Shown piece by piece: positions 25,368-33,447 of a stretch of DNA of 64,000 nucleotides (position 1 is the first letter of the stretch; each line of letters begins with the position of its first letter). The position numbers were made by a program, and so were the translations under genes. The stretch comes from a virus. Below the pieces are notes generated by a model. That model made no database searches and was not told the origin of the DNA. It worked only from the letters and a program-made list of their open reading frames with translations. The stretch covers positions 1 to 64,000 of the IMG/VR virus record IMGVR_UViG_3300037471_000902. One strand, given 5' to 3'.

Positions 25368-27540
25368 TATTTTTGACGACACCCGGATTTTTTCGATCTA
25401 TACCCAGCTAGCTCGCCTGCTAGCTGCTGAGGATATCACCGTCAGGTGGAATGTTCCAAATTTAAGCAGTGTTGCCGAAATGGACGCAGTCCGCCGCGTC
25501 CTTGACATTGCGCCCATAAGGAAGGGTGAAGAGAATCGGATAATGGGCAAAATCATCCACGAAGTTGCGCACTTTGTGGAGACTGAGAACTTCTCTAAGC
25601 GGACAGGCGGACTGCTTACCATCGATATGGAAAAATTCGATGAGTTCAAGCGAACTGTCCGGAGCGTGTATCTTTGGAACATCATTGAGGATGGTTGGGT
25701 AGAGCGCAGAGCTATTGCTCGGTGGCCGGGTGCGATGAAGCATCTTCGAATCCTCTATGAAGCTGATAAGGAAGAGATCTATTACACTGGTAATCCTGTC
25801 CTTGACACAATCAGCGCCCTGCATTTAAACGTTCTGGGCAGCAAATGGAACGAGCGGTTTGAGTACGAACACGATCTTCCACAACCTCTCCTCGACCTTT
25901 TAGAGGAGGCCCGCTCCGGTGGTGGGCCAACATCTATGGATCGTGCGCGTCTCGCCAACGCGATCCTTGAAGAATTAGAAAAACTCCCAGGATGGAGAGA
26001 ACTTGATGTGGACAACGATCAGACTAGTGAGGATGAACCCGCTAGGGCTCCAGCTGAAAAGACGGATGTCGATCAGGCTGGAGCGGTTCGCCTTCACACA
26101 GAGCGGAAAGAAGCCCCTCTGCTTCTTGGAGACACGATCGCTCGCAAGACAGAAGAAGAGGATGAAGGTCCGTCCATAGAGACCTTCATATCTGATAATG
26201 CTGCCCGTATCCTTGGTACGAACAAGTACTACATGGAACGGGCCGTCAACTTCGCTGAAATAGGTGATACGCTCTACGTTGCGACACCTGATGAAACAAA
26301 GTACGTGTCAGATGTGAAAGACATATTCAATCCTGAAATCAAAGCGAAGTTGAAAGGCTGGACGTTTGCCAAATTTGTACACCATATCCAGAAATCAAGC
26401 ACTGGACGTGGGATCTATGGCACCTTCGCCAGCAAATTTGACAAATCTCTGAGCATTGGACAGATGCTCTTTCAGCAATTTTTGACTAGAGCCAATGCTC
26501 AAGCATTGGCAATCACTCAGTACCAAAAAGCTGGTGTTCTTGACACCAATCGTGCGCCATTTTACAAGGTGTACGATGATGTGTTCAAGCGTCGGGCCAT
26601 ATCTCGAAACAAGATCAATCATTCGTACGTGTTGATGATTGACTGGTCAAAATCGATGGGACCATCCTCAATGGAGTTGTACCATCGAGTGTGCGAGCTG
26701 TATCATTTCGCAAGACTCGCCAACGTTGAAGTCGATATGTGGTTGTATACGACTAACGACTCAATGGTTAGAAACCCTCACCTCTCCCATGTGAAGGATC
26801 ATCTTAGGGAAAACATGCTGCTGACTGGGTCAGCATTCACCCGAGTTCTGAACAGCAAGACTGACAACCAGGATGAGGCGATGTTCAGACTGTTTTTGCT
26901 TTTCGCGAATGCGGTCATGCACAAGGATGTTACTGCTTCTAAGCAGGCTTTGCGCTTGACGATGGAGTGGTTTAGCGATCTATTTGACATTGACTTCCTG
27001 AGCAAGGTGTATGTGTCGATGGTGGGCACCAACATCTTCGAAGCAACCAACTTTGCAGTTGATCTTGCTTACAAGAGACCACGTCAGCCAAATGAAAAGC
27101 GGTCAGTGATTTTGCTCACTGATGGTGAGGACAATCCAGCCTTTACAGCGCTGATTCAGAATGGTGAGCGGCAATTCAAGACAGGCATGGCCAATGTGTC
27201 GAGCGTGATATACAAGGGTGTAGATTTGGTTGAGCTCGCAAAGAAAGCCCAAGCTGATTTGGACTCAGTTGTTGATAAATATGGAACTGATTCTCCGTTC
27301 AAGAGTCTCAGGACAGGAGCAACGTACCTCGTTGCTGAGGATGCTAGAGAGAACGATATCCCAATCATTGGGATCACCTGGGGATCAATCACTAGTCGCC
27401 CGCTAGAATTGATCACCGCTGGGAACGTTGCTCGGCTTCCAGTATCAGATAAGACAATAGCAGCACGAAGCATTCTGCCCTACTCAGCAGATGTCAACAC
27501 CTTTGCTGTGAAGATCACTGAAGCTCTTCTGGCATCTTAG
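25360..27540 (+). CDS. Metallopeptidase-like (HExxH) + VWA domain protein (CobT-like partner)
   Basis: HEVAH, NIIEDGWVE, MIDAS-like DWSKSM, LLTDGED. Confidence 0.75.
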   Translation: MSDIFDDTRIFSIYTQLARLLAAEDITVRWNVPNLSSVAEMDAVRRVLDIAPIRKGEENRIMGKIIHEVAHFVETENFSKRTGGLLTIDMEKFDEFKRTVRSVYLWNIIEDGWVERRAIARWPGAMKHLRILYEADKEEIYYTGNPVLDTISALHLNVLGSKWNERFEYEHDLPQPLLDLLEEARSGGGPTSMDRARLANAILEELEKLPGWRELDVDNDQTSEDEPARAPAEKTDVDQAGAVRLHTERKEAPLLLGDTIARKTEEEDEGPSIETFISDNAARILGTNKYYMERAVNFAEIGDTLYVATPDETKYVSDVKDIFNPEIKAKLKGWTFAKFVHHIQKSSTGRGIYGTFASKFDKSLSIGQMLFQQFLTRANAQALAITQYQKAGVLDTNRAPFYKVYDDVFKRRAISRNKINHSYVLMIDWSKSMGPSSMELYHRVCELYHFARLANVEVDMWLYTTNDSMVRNPHLSHVKDHLRENMLLTGSAFTRVLNSKTDNQDEAMFRLFLLFANAVMHKDVTASKQALRLTMEWFSDLFDIDFLSKVYVSMVGTNIFEATNFAVDLAYKRPRQPNEKRSVILLTDGEDNPAFTALIQNGERQFKTGMANVSSVIYKGVDLVELAKKAQADLDSVVDKYGTDSPFKSLRTGATYLVAEDARENDIPIIGITWGSITSRPLELITAGNVARLPVSDKTIAARSILPYSADVNTFAVKITEALLAS

Positions 27541-27547
27541 GAAAACG

Positions 27548-27955
27548 ATGAAAATTCGCCAACGACAAAAAAGTCGCCATCTCCCTCGAAAGCGCAAAAC
27601 GGATAGAGAATGGAACCGCTACTACCGAAATTTGCTACGGCAGTTGAAACCTGGCAAATTGTTCGAAACATGCGGATGTGATGTAGCAAGGGTGCTCTAT
27701 ACAATCCCTGAAAAGGATGAACTTGCATATGAAAGTTTGACTCGACATGGGTTTACTGGTTTGCCAGCTCGGGGGTACTGTAGTTTAATCCACTGCGTTC
27801 CAACTCCACTTACACGTGGAGAAGTGAACAGGCGCATGGAGATATTCAAAAGTGGCGGTAAGGTCGGACTATCGATGCGCTACTACACAGAAGAATGCAA
27901 GATGTCTGAAGAAGAGTCTGCAGAAATGATCAAGACATGGGAATCTGAATCTTGA
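27548..27955 (+). CDS. Hypothetical basic protein
   Basis: AGGA SD. Confidence 0.55.
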   Translation: MKIRQRQKSRHLPRKRKTDREWNRYYRNLLRQLKPGKLFETCGCDVARVLYTIPEKDELAYESLTRHGFTGLPARGYCSLIHCVPTPLTRGEVNRRMEIFKSGGKVGLSMRYYTEECKMSEEESAEMIKTWESES

Positions 27956-28200
27956 TTAGACCGCCATGTGAGAGAGTGCGAGATGAACTCGCACGTCGTG
28001 ATTTGGATGTTACTTCCGCCGCTAGACTACTTGGTGTATGTCGTCCAAGTTTGTCAAGAACGTTGAATGGACATTATGCGATTACGCCTAACATGGCAAT
28101 CGCCATTGAGCGTCATCTTGGTATCAGCGCTGAAGAGCTGCTAATCCAACAAGCTCGCTACGATTTGCTGCTGGCTAGAATGGAACAGCGCCGTGGGTAG
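27952..28200 (+). CDS. HigA-like HTH (XRE) antitoxin homologue
   Basis: AARLLGV.R.SLSR.LNG..AITPNMA..IE..LG.SAE.L...QARYDL. Confidence 0.8.
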   Translation: MIRPPCERVRDELARRDLDVTSAARLLGVCRPSLSRTLNGHYAITPNMAIAIERHLGISAEELLIQQARYDLLLARMEQRRG

Positions 28201-28417
28201 CAAGCGGCTTGCTACCGGGCAGCGGCGCACGATGAAACGCAAGCGCTGGTTCGACCCTAAGCTGCCCTTCGATGTGACAGCTTTTTGTGAAGACGAGGAG
28301 ACGCCCTGTGTTCTGCTGCAAAACGCCGACATGGACGTGTGCCTGACGGACTCACAGGCGCATGAGCTAATCAACAGGTTGAAACGCGCACTTTCGGTGC
28401 TTCCAACCAGCAAATGA
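28193..28417 (+). CDS. Hypothetical protein
   Basis: Packed ORF, start uncertain. Confidence 0.45.
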   Translation: MGSKRLATGQRRTMKRKRWFDPKLPFDVTAFCEDEETPCVLLQNADMDVCLTDSQAHELINRLKRALSVLPTSK

Positions 28418-28504
28418 TTTTAATTTAACTTAACCATAGGAGGACTGCCAACAACGCTTCCAACCCTTAACCCATGTCTTAACAACTGGAAAGGAAAAAC
28501 ACCA

Positions 28505-29101
28505 ATGAGACATATCATCGCCGCATTTGTGGCACTAGTGATCGGCTTCGCTCACGCCCAAGAGGTATCGGCAGAAGTCGAACTTCAACCAACAACAGTC
28601 GCACAAGCGACGACTTCGACGGAAGAAATTAAACCTCTTCCGAATTTTTTAACAACCCGCCAAAAACAAATTCTTACGTTGGCGGAGACCACAGCAAAGC
28701 AGGACGGTCATAAACACCCTGAATTACTGCAGGGAATTCTCCTTCAGGAGACCCGTGCAGGCATGGACCCCACTTACAGGGAAGCAAAAAACAAGTGTTA
28801 TGGGGTCATGCAAATCAGAATGGCTGCAGCACGTCAGGTGCTAAGAGAATTCCCTGAACTTCTAGCTAAGTTCCATGTGGATAAATCGCAGCTAGTCGCT
28901 CGTCTAATTCATGACGATGCGTTCAATATTGCAGTTGGGTCAAAGTATTTGTTGATTATAGCGCGCTCCGGATTTAATACAATAAAGCAAATAGCTCTAG
29001 CGTACAATCAAGGTACTGGTGGAGCTAAGAAGAAAAATCCTGAAACGTTCCGCTATTCTGTCAGTGTTGCTAAGCACATTGACTCATTAAGACAACTGTG
29101 A
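28505..29101 (+). CDS. Lytic transglycosylase (SLT) with signal peptide
   Basis: AHA signal cleavage site; ILLQET, YGVMQI, NIAVGSKYL, AYNQG. Confidence 0.85.
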   Translation: MRHIIAAFVALVIGFAHAQEVSAEVELQPTTVAQATTSTEEIKPLPNFLTTRQKQILTLAETTAKQDGHKHPELLQGILLQETRAGMDPTYREAKNKCYGVMQIRMAAARQVLREFPELLAKFHVDKSQLVARLIHDDAFNIAVGSKYLLIIARSGFNTIKQIALAYNQGTGGAKKKNPETFRYSVSVAKHIDSLRQL

Positions 29102-29331
29102 CCACCTACACCACCGTCAGCACAGCTCTTGATTTTATCCTCACAATCCTGTTTTTTGGTTCGTCAGGATTCATGTGGGTGACGGTGGTGAAGTCAATCT
29201 GGCAAGCCAGTAAATGGTTTGTCAAAGTTAGTCTAGGTGTCATCCTCATTACGTGGCAATTCACTATGGTGGGGATGGCATTGCTATACGCCTCTACGTG
29301 GCAAGAGGCTTGGGTGCTACTATTCTGGTGA
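29098..29331 (+). CDS. Small 2-TM membrane protein
   Basis: Two hydrophobic segments; GTGA-coupled to the SLT gene. Confidence 0.55.
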   Translation: MTTYTTVSTALDFILTILFFGSSGFMWVTVVKSIWQASKWFVKVSLGVILITWQFTMVGMALLYASTWQEAWVLLFW

Positions 29332-29390
29332 GCCTTGCCTGAATGCAAAGGAGGTTGAAGTGGCATTAATTAGAAGAACAAAGTCCCTTC

Positions 29391-30374
29391 ATGTTCAAAC
29401 AGCAAAAGCTAGAGGAGCTGATTCGAGAGAAGCTCCCACTCGGAAACGCTGACACACGCGGTTTCCACAACTTCAAGTGCCCGCTGTGTAATGACCACAA
29501 GCCACGGGGCGGCCTGAAGTTCGACAACAATAACGTCGTCTTCAATTGTTTTCATTGCTCAACTGCAGCGGTCTTTGAAGAGGGCGGAGACAGAATTTCC
29601 AAAACGATGCGTCGAGTCCTTACTGGACTGGGCATCGATGATAGTGACATCTCGCTCGTTGTCAACAGCTCTTTCTTCAATAAGAAGGAAGAGACGACCA
29701 AAATCACGCTCGATGCGCTGACAAAGGTCAACACTAACACTCCTCCAGTGAAGCTTCCTCCTAATTCTATTAGATTGGGAACCACAATGGACTGTTTAGA
29801 ATTACAAGGTAAGATTGTAGATTATCTGGTTAGACGTTGCGTTGACCTTGACAAGTACACGTTCTGGTTTTCTACAGAAGAAAGATTCAAAAATAAGGTT
29901 ATCATTCCATTCTATCGCAATGGCCAACAAATTTACTGGCAGGCGCGGTGCGTAGATGGATCTGACTCGCGCTATGACAATGCACCAGTGAGTCGTGAGG
30001 CAGTGATGTTCAACATGGATTCTCTGTGGGTCCATTCTCCTGCTCCGCTTTTTGTCTGTGAAGGCGTATTCGACGCAATGATGGTGGACGGTGTTGCGTT
30101 AGTGGGTAGCAAATTGACTGCTGCTAAGCTCGAACTACTTCGTAACTCTAGGCGAAGGATTATCTTTGTCATTGACAAGGATAAAAATGGTCGCAAGTTG
30201 GCGGAGATGGTGCTCGCCGCTGGATGGGAGATTGCGTTTGCGCCAGAGGGAGCATTTGATTTGAATGAATCCGTGCAGCGATTCGGGAAAACATGGACTT
30301 GTGTTCAGCTCATGAAGAGCATTCCGACGAGCGAGGCTGCAGCGCTTGTCTCAATTGGATTGAATTGTCATTGA
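29391..30374 (+). CDS. DNA primase (gp61-like)
   Basis: CPLC.D...FNCFHC zinc domain, IIPFY, WQAR, CEGVFDA, DKDKNG TOPRIM. Confidence 0.85.
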   Translation: MFKQQKLEELIREKLPLGNADTRGFHNFKCPLCNDHKPRGGLKFDNNNVVFNCFHCSTAAVFEEGGDRISKTMRRVLTGLGIDDSDISLVVNSSFFNKKEETTKITLDALTKVNTNTPPVKLPPNSIRLGTTMDCLELQGKIVDYLVRRCVDLDKYTFWFSTEERFKNKVIIPFYRNGQQIYWQARCVDGSDSRYDNAPVSREAVMFNMDSLWVHSPAPLFVCEGVFDAMMVDGVALVGSKLTAAKLELLRNSRRRIIFVIDKDKNGRKLAEMVLAAGWEIAFAPEGAFDLNESVQRFGKTWTCVQLMKSIPTSEAAALVSIGLNCH

Positions 30375-30386
30375 ATAGGAAAGAAG

Positions 30387-30602
30387 ATGAAGCTAGCAGG
30401 ACAAATTGCAAAGGAAGTCTACGGCAAATTCAGACATGGTGACATCATTGGAGATACCGAGTTGGCGATTGCTGCTATGTATTTCCACGATCTTGCTGAA
30501 AAGCTCTCATGGTTAGGACCTGAATTCAGCATCACGTGGAAGGAAGCAAACAATATTGCAATTAGGTTGGCTGAATTCTGCGATGCGAGGACTAAGAAAT
30601 GA
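30387..30602 (+). CDS. Hypothetical protein
   Basis: AGGA SD. Confidence 0.55.
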   Translation: MKLAGQIAKEVYGKFRHGDIIGDTELAIAAMYFHDLAEKLSWLGPEFSITWKEANNIAIRLAEFCDARTKK

Positions 30603-30844
30603 GCGAACAACTAGGCTTCATGTACCTTGCCAAGCGCCCGTGTGGGCGTGTCTCGGCTGCGGCATGGGACGATCCAGGCGAAGAGAAGCAGACAGCCAAA
30701 TCGGTCAGTGACTGGATTAAACGAGGACTAACCGTCGAGCGGATCAAGCGACAGGCGGGCGACCCGCAACCCGAATGGATTTGCGAGGAGTGCCGTGGCA
30801 AACCGTGTCGCAGTAATGGGATCAAGAATGATGGTGAAGGATGA
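30599..30844 (+). CDS. Hypothetical Cys-containing protein
   Basis: ATGA-coupled; GAGG SD. Confidence 0.55.
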   Translation: MSEQLGFMYLAKRPCGRVSAAAWDDPGEEKQTAKSVSDWIKRGLTVERIKRQAGDPQPEWICEECRGKPCRSNGIKNDGEG

Positions 30845-30935
30845 AGCATATAGACGGGCAACAATCGCCTATGTTCGCTTCATCGAGCAGATGAAACATT
30901 CTGTCCGCATCTATATGATGAAATATCGATTATGA
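30828..30935 (+). CDS. Possible 35-aa protein (not in ORF track)
   Basis: Fills the gap; ATGA overlap with 30932. Confidence 0.35.
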   Translation: MMVKDEAYRRATIAYVRFIEQMKHSVRIYMMKYRL

Positions 30936-31198
30936 GTCGACATGTTATTGTTTTTGATCTTGGCGTAACGCGTCTCGGAGACGGCGAGGCGTATCTTCAT
31001 AGTCCAGGATCAAAAGTATTTCTGATTTCGGAGAATAAGGCTTATGTTGCATTCTGTTTTGATCCTTACACCTACAGCAGCGCCGTCACGGAATTCACAA
31101 CATACCAAGCCAACAAAGAAGACTTTTACAGGTGTACACGTACCCATAGGGAATTTAGTCGCACGTGGCTAAATTCGCTGATTGATCTTGATGAATAA
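30932..31198 (+). CDS. Hypothetical protein, member of a dispersed ~90-aa paralogue family
   Basis: PGSKVFLI..VAF..FY.CT..EFSRTWLNSLID. Confidence 0.6.
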   Translation: MSRHVIVFDLGVTRLGDGEAYLHSPGSKVFLISENKAYVAFCFDPYTYSSAVTEFTTYQANKEDFYRCTRTHREFSRTWLNSLIDLDE

Positions 31199-31227
31199 AG
31201 CACGATGAAAGGCACATTAAATATGCA

Positions 31228-32559
31228 ATGGATTTAGAAAAACAAAAACTATTAGTCGGCTGTCTCTCCGCTAACCGAGACCTCATGTCGCTTACCGCGG
31301 GCATGATTCAACCTTCGTACTTTGACCCAGCTCTCCGCAAACCAGTCAAGTTCATTCTTGACTATTTTGGCAAGTACAAGGATGTTCCCAAAACCAATAT
31401 CATCAGGGCAGAGACTGGTGTTATTCTTGATGAAATTGAACAAGTCAGTAGAGCTGAAGTTCAATTCATTTCTACTGAACTAGAAAAGTTCTGTCAAGAA
31501 CGAGCGGCTGTTGAAGCCGTTCAAAAGGGTCCAGAATTCCTCCAAAAGGGAGATGTTGCTGGACTTATTGGTCTTCTGAAAAGCGCCACGACGGTTGGTT
31601 TGCAGAAGGATCTGGGTATTGACTATTTTGCAGACCCAGAATCACGACTCAAAACCACTCTAGAAAATCAAGCACGCGTCTCTACTGGCATTGCCGAGCT
31701 GGATGATTTGCTTGGCGGTGGTTTGGCTAGACAGGAGCTCATCACTTTCCTCGCTAACTCAGGCGGTGGCAAGTCGATGAACATGCTTAACTTGTGCCAT
31801 AACCTGCTAAAGCAGGGATTAAATGGAGTGTATTTCACTCTTGAAATGGCAGAAGGAGTTGTTAGCAAGCGACTAGACTCAATGATTTCTCGAGTTGCAC
31901 AGGGCGACTTGTTCAAGGAACTGAATAAGGTCAGCCTTGCGATTCAGAAAGCTGGCACTAAGATGGGCCAGTTCAGAATCAAACGATTTCCTGAAGGTCG
32001 GTCAAACATCAACCACTTCAAGTCGTATCTTCAGCAACTTGAGCAATCTACAGGATTTAGGCCAGACTTTATCTGCATCGACTACATTGACATTACTGGT
32101 TCCACATCAAATGTTCAGGTCGACAACCTGTTCTTGAAGGATAAATACGTCACTGAAGAAATCCGTAGCTTGGGCTTTGACTATGACGCAATCATGATCA
32201 GTGCCGCACAGCTTGGACGCGGAGCTATCGAAGCCGAGCAACTCACTCAAGCGCACATTCAGGGTGGTATTTCAAAGATCAACACATCAGATTGGACAAT
32301 TGGTATTCAGCAATCTGATCTGATGAAGTCGGCTGGTGAAATCTACTACTCAATTCTGAAAGCTCGTAACTCCAATGGTGTAGGGAAGAAGATCTTGCTT
32401 GCGTGGGATCCAATCTCCTTGACTGTATCTTCATTAGGGCGACAGCCCGAAAAGCTGGAATTGAAGAAATCAGCTCCAGTAATGCCAACCGGAAAGACTG
32501 TTTTTTCTGGTCAAAAGCCACAGTCTCCAAATATCCTTAACCTCTTCGAAGACAAATAA
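31228..32559 (+). CDS. Replicative DnaB-like helicase (gp41-like)
   Basis: ANSGGGKS, FTLEM, IDYID, SAAQL, LKAR; TAAATA 4 nt upstream of ATG. Confidence 0.88.
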   Translation: MDLEKQKLLVGCLSANRDLMSLTAGMIQPSYFDPALRKPVKFILDYFGKYKDVPKTNIIRAETGVILDEIEQVSRAEVQFISTELEKFCQERAAVEAVQKGPEFLQKGDVAGLIGLLKSATTVGLQKDLGIDYFADPESRLKTTLENQARVSTGIAELDDLLGGGLARQELITFLANSGGGKSMNMLNLCHNLLKQGLNGVYFTLEMAEGVVSKRLDSMISRVAQGDLFKELNKVSLAIQKAGTKMGQFRIKRFPEGRSNINHFKSYLQQLEQSTGFRPDFICIDYIDITGSTSNVQVDNLFLKDKYVTEEIRSLGFDYDAIMISAAQLGRGAIEAEQLTQAHIQGGISKINTSDWTIGIQQSDLMKSAGEIYYSILKARNSNGVGKKILLAWDPISLTVSSLGRQPEKLELKKSAPVMPTGKTVFSGQKPQSPNILNLFEDK

Positions 32560-32867
32560 TGTCAGAACAACAAAACCAAACTACTGAAACGCAAATCCAG
32601 ACGATTACGATCGACGACAAGACGTACCCGCTGTCACAATTTTCTCCACGCATTGTTTCAATGGTTGCGCTGCGAGAAGTGTGGAGCAATCAAGCCAACG
32701 TCGAGCGCGCTGCCCTAACTAAGACGGAAGCAGCCCTTCGCCAGCTAGACACTGAACTTCTCCAGATGTGCAATACAGAGCTGGAGGAGCAGGCAAAAGC
32801 TGAAGCAGAGCAAGTCGTTGAGCCTGCTCCAGAGGTCAAGGTTAAGAAGAAGAAGGCTGCAAAGTAA
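32559..32867 (+). CDS. Hypothetical coiled-coil protein
   Basis: TAATG-coupled ORF. Confidence 0.6.
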   Translation: MSEQQNQTTETQIQTITIDDKTYPLSQFSPRIVSMVALREVWSNQANVERAALTKTEAALRQLDTELLQMCNTELEEQAKAEAEQVVEPAPEVKVKKKKAAK

Positions 32868-32877
32868 GGCTTCTCAT

Positions 32878-33000
32878 TGCTTCTGAGGATAATCTGGAGG
32901 TGCCCAGAGGTCCTCAGAAGCACCTATCACAGCTACATGATAGGTACTATATCTCAGCGCACCATCATCTCTGAGCCATAAATAACCTATGGCTCAGAGA
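32878..33000 (+). promoter_or_regulatory. Three tandem hairpins; the third (13-bp perfect) overlaps late promoter TAAATA and sequesters the ATG
   Basis: TGCTTCTGAGGA/TCCTCAGAAGCA; ACCTATCA/TGATAGGT; TCTCTGAGCCATA/TATGGCTCAGAGA. Confidence 0.8.
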
Positions 33001-33447
33001 CATAAATTCAAAATCGTATCCTACATAGTCACCGCACTGACACTGATCATTGCGGCTATTATGTTTTCCGGGTTTGGACTACTAGCTTACTGGAATTTGC
33101 AATCCTCTGATAATGCTTATGTAGTTTTGAATCCCAATAAGCATTACGCTTACCTGTCTTATTACAACTCTATTCGCGTATATCGTGAATTTGAGATAAG
33201 GCGGCCGCTTGAAATCACCATTACTCGAGAGCTTAGACAAATGCGTGATGATGGTGTAGTCGTTCGAATTGAATTGGAATCAACACACGCATTTTATGAT
33301 GCTCCAGGCATTCACAAAGTTGAGCGTGGTGTCAACATTCCGTCCAACATTCAAGGTAAATGGCTTGTGATTGATAAGCTTTGCTGGCATGTTAATCCTA
33401 TTAGGAATGCCTGCGTTGATCTCCCAACTATATCTCTAGACGCATGA
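32989..33447 (+). CDS. Single-TM protein with extracytoplasmic domain (possible lysis component)
   Basis: Basic N-terminus, long hydrophobic helix, C-terminal Cys pair; late promoter. Confidence 0.55.
   Translation: MAQRHKFKIVSYIVTALTLIIAAIMFSGFGLLAYWNLQSSDNAYVVLNPNKHYAYLSYYNSIRVYREFEIRRPLEITITRELRQMRDDGVVVRIELESTHAFYDAPGIHKVERGVNIPSNIQGKWLVIDKLCWHVNPIRNACVDLPTISLDA

Noticed and set aside
32868-32988. tRNA or CRISPR-like element in the structured intergenic region
   Set aside because: No cloverleaf, T-loop or CCA, and no repeat-spacer periodicity; treated as regulatory hairpins
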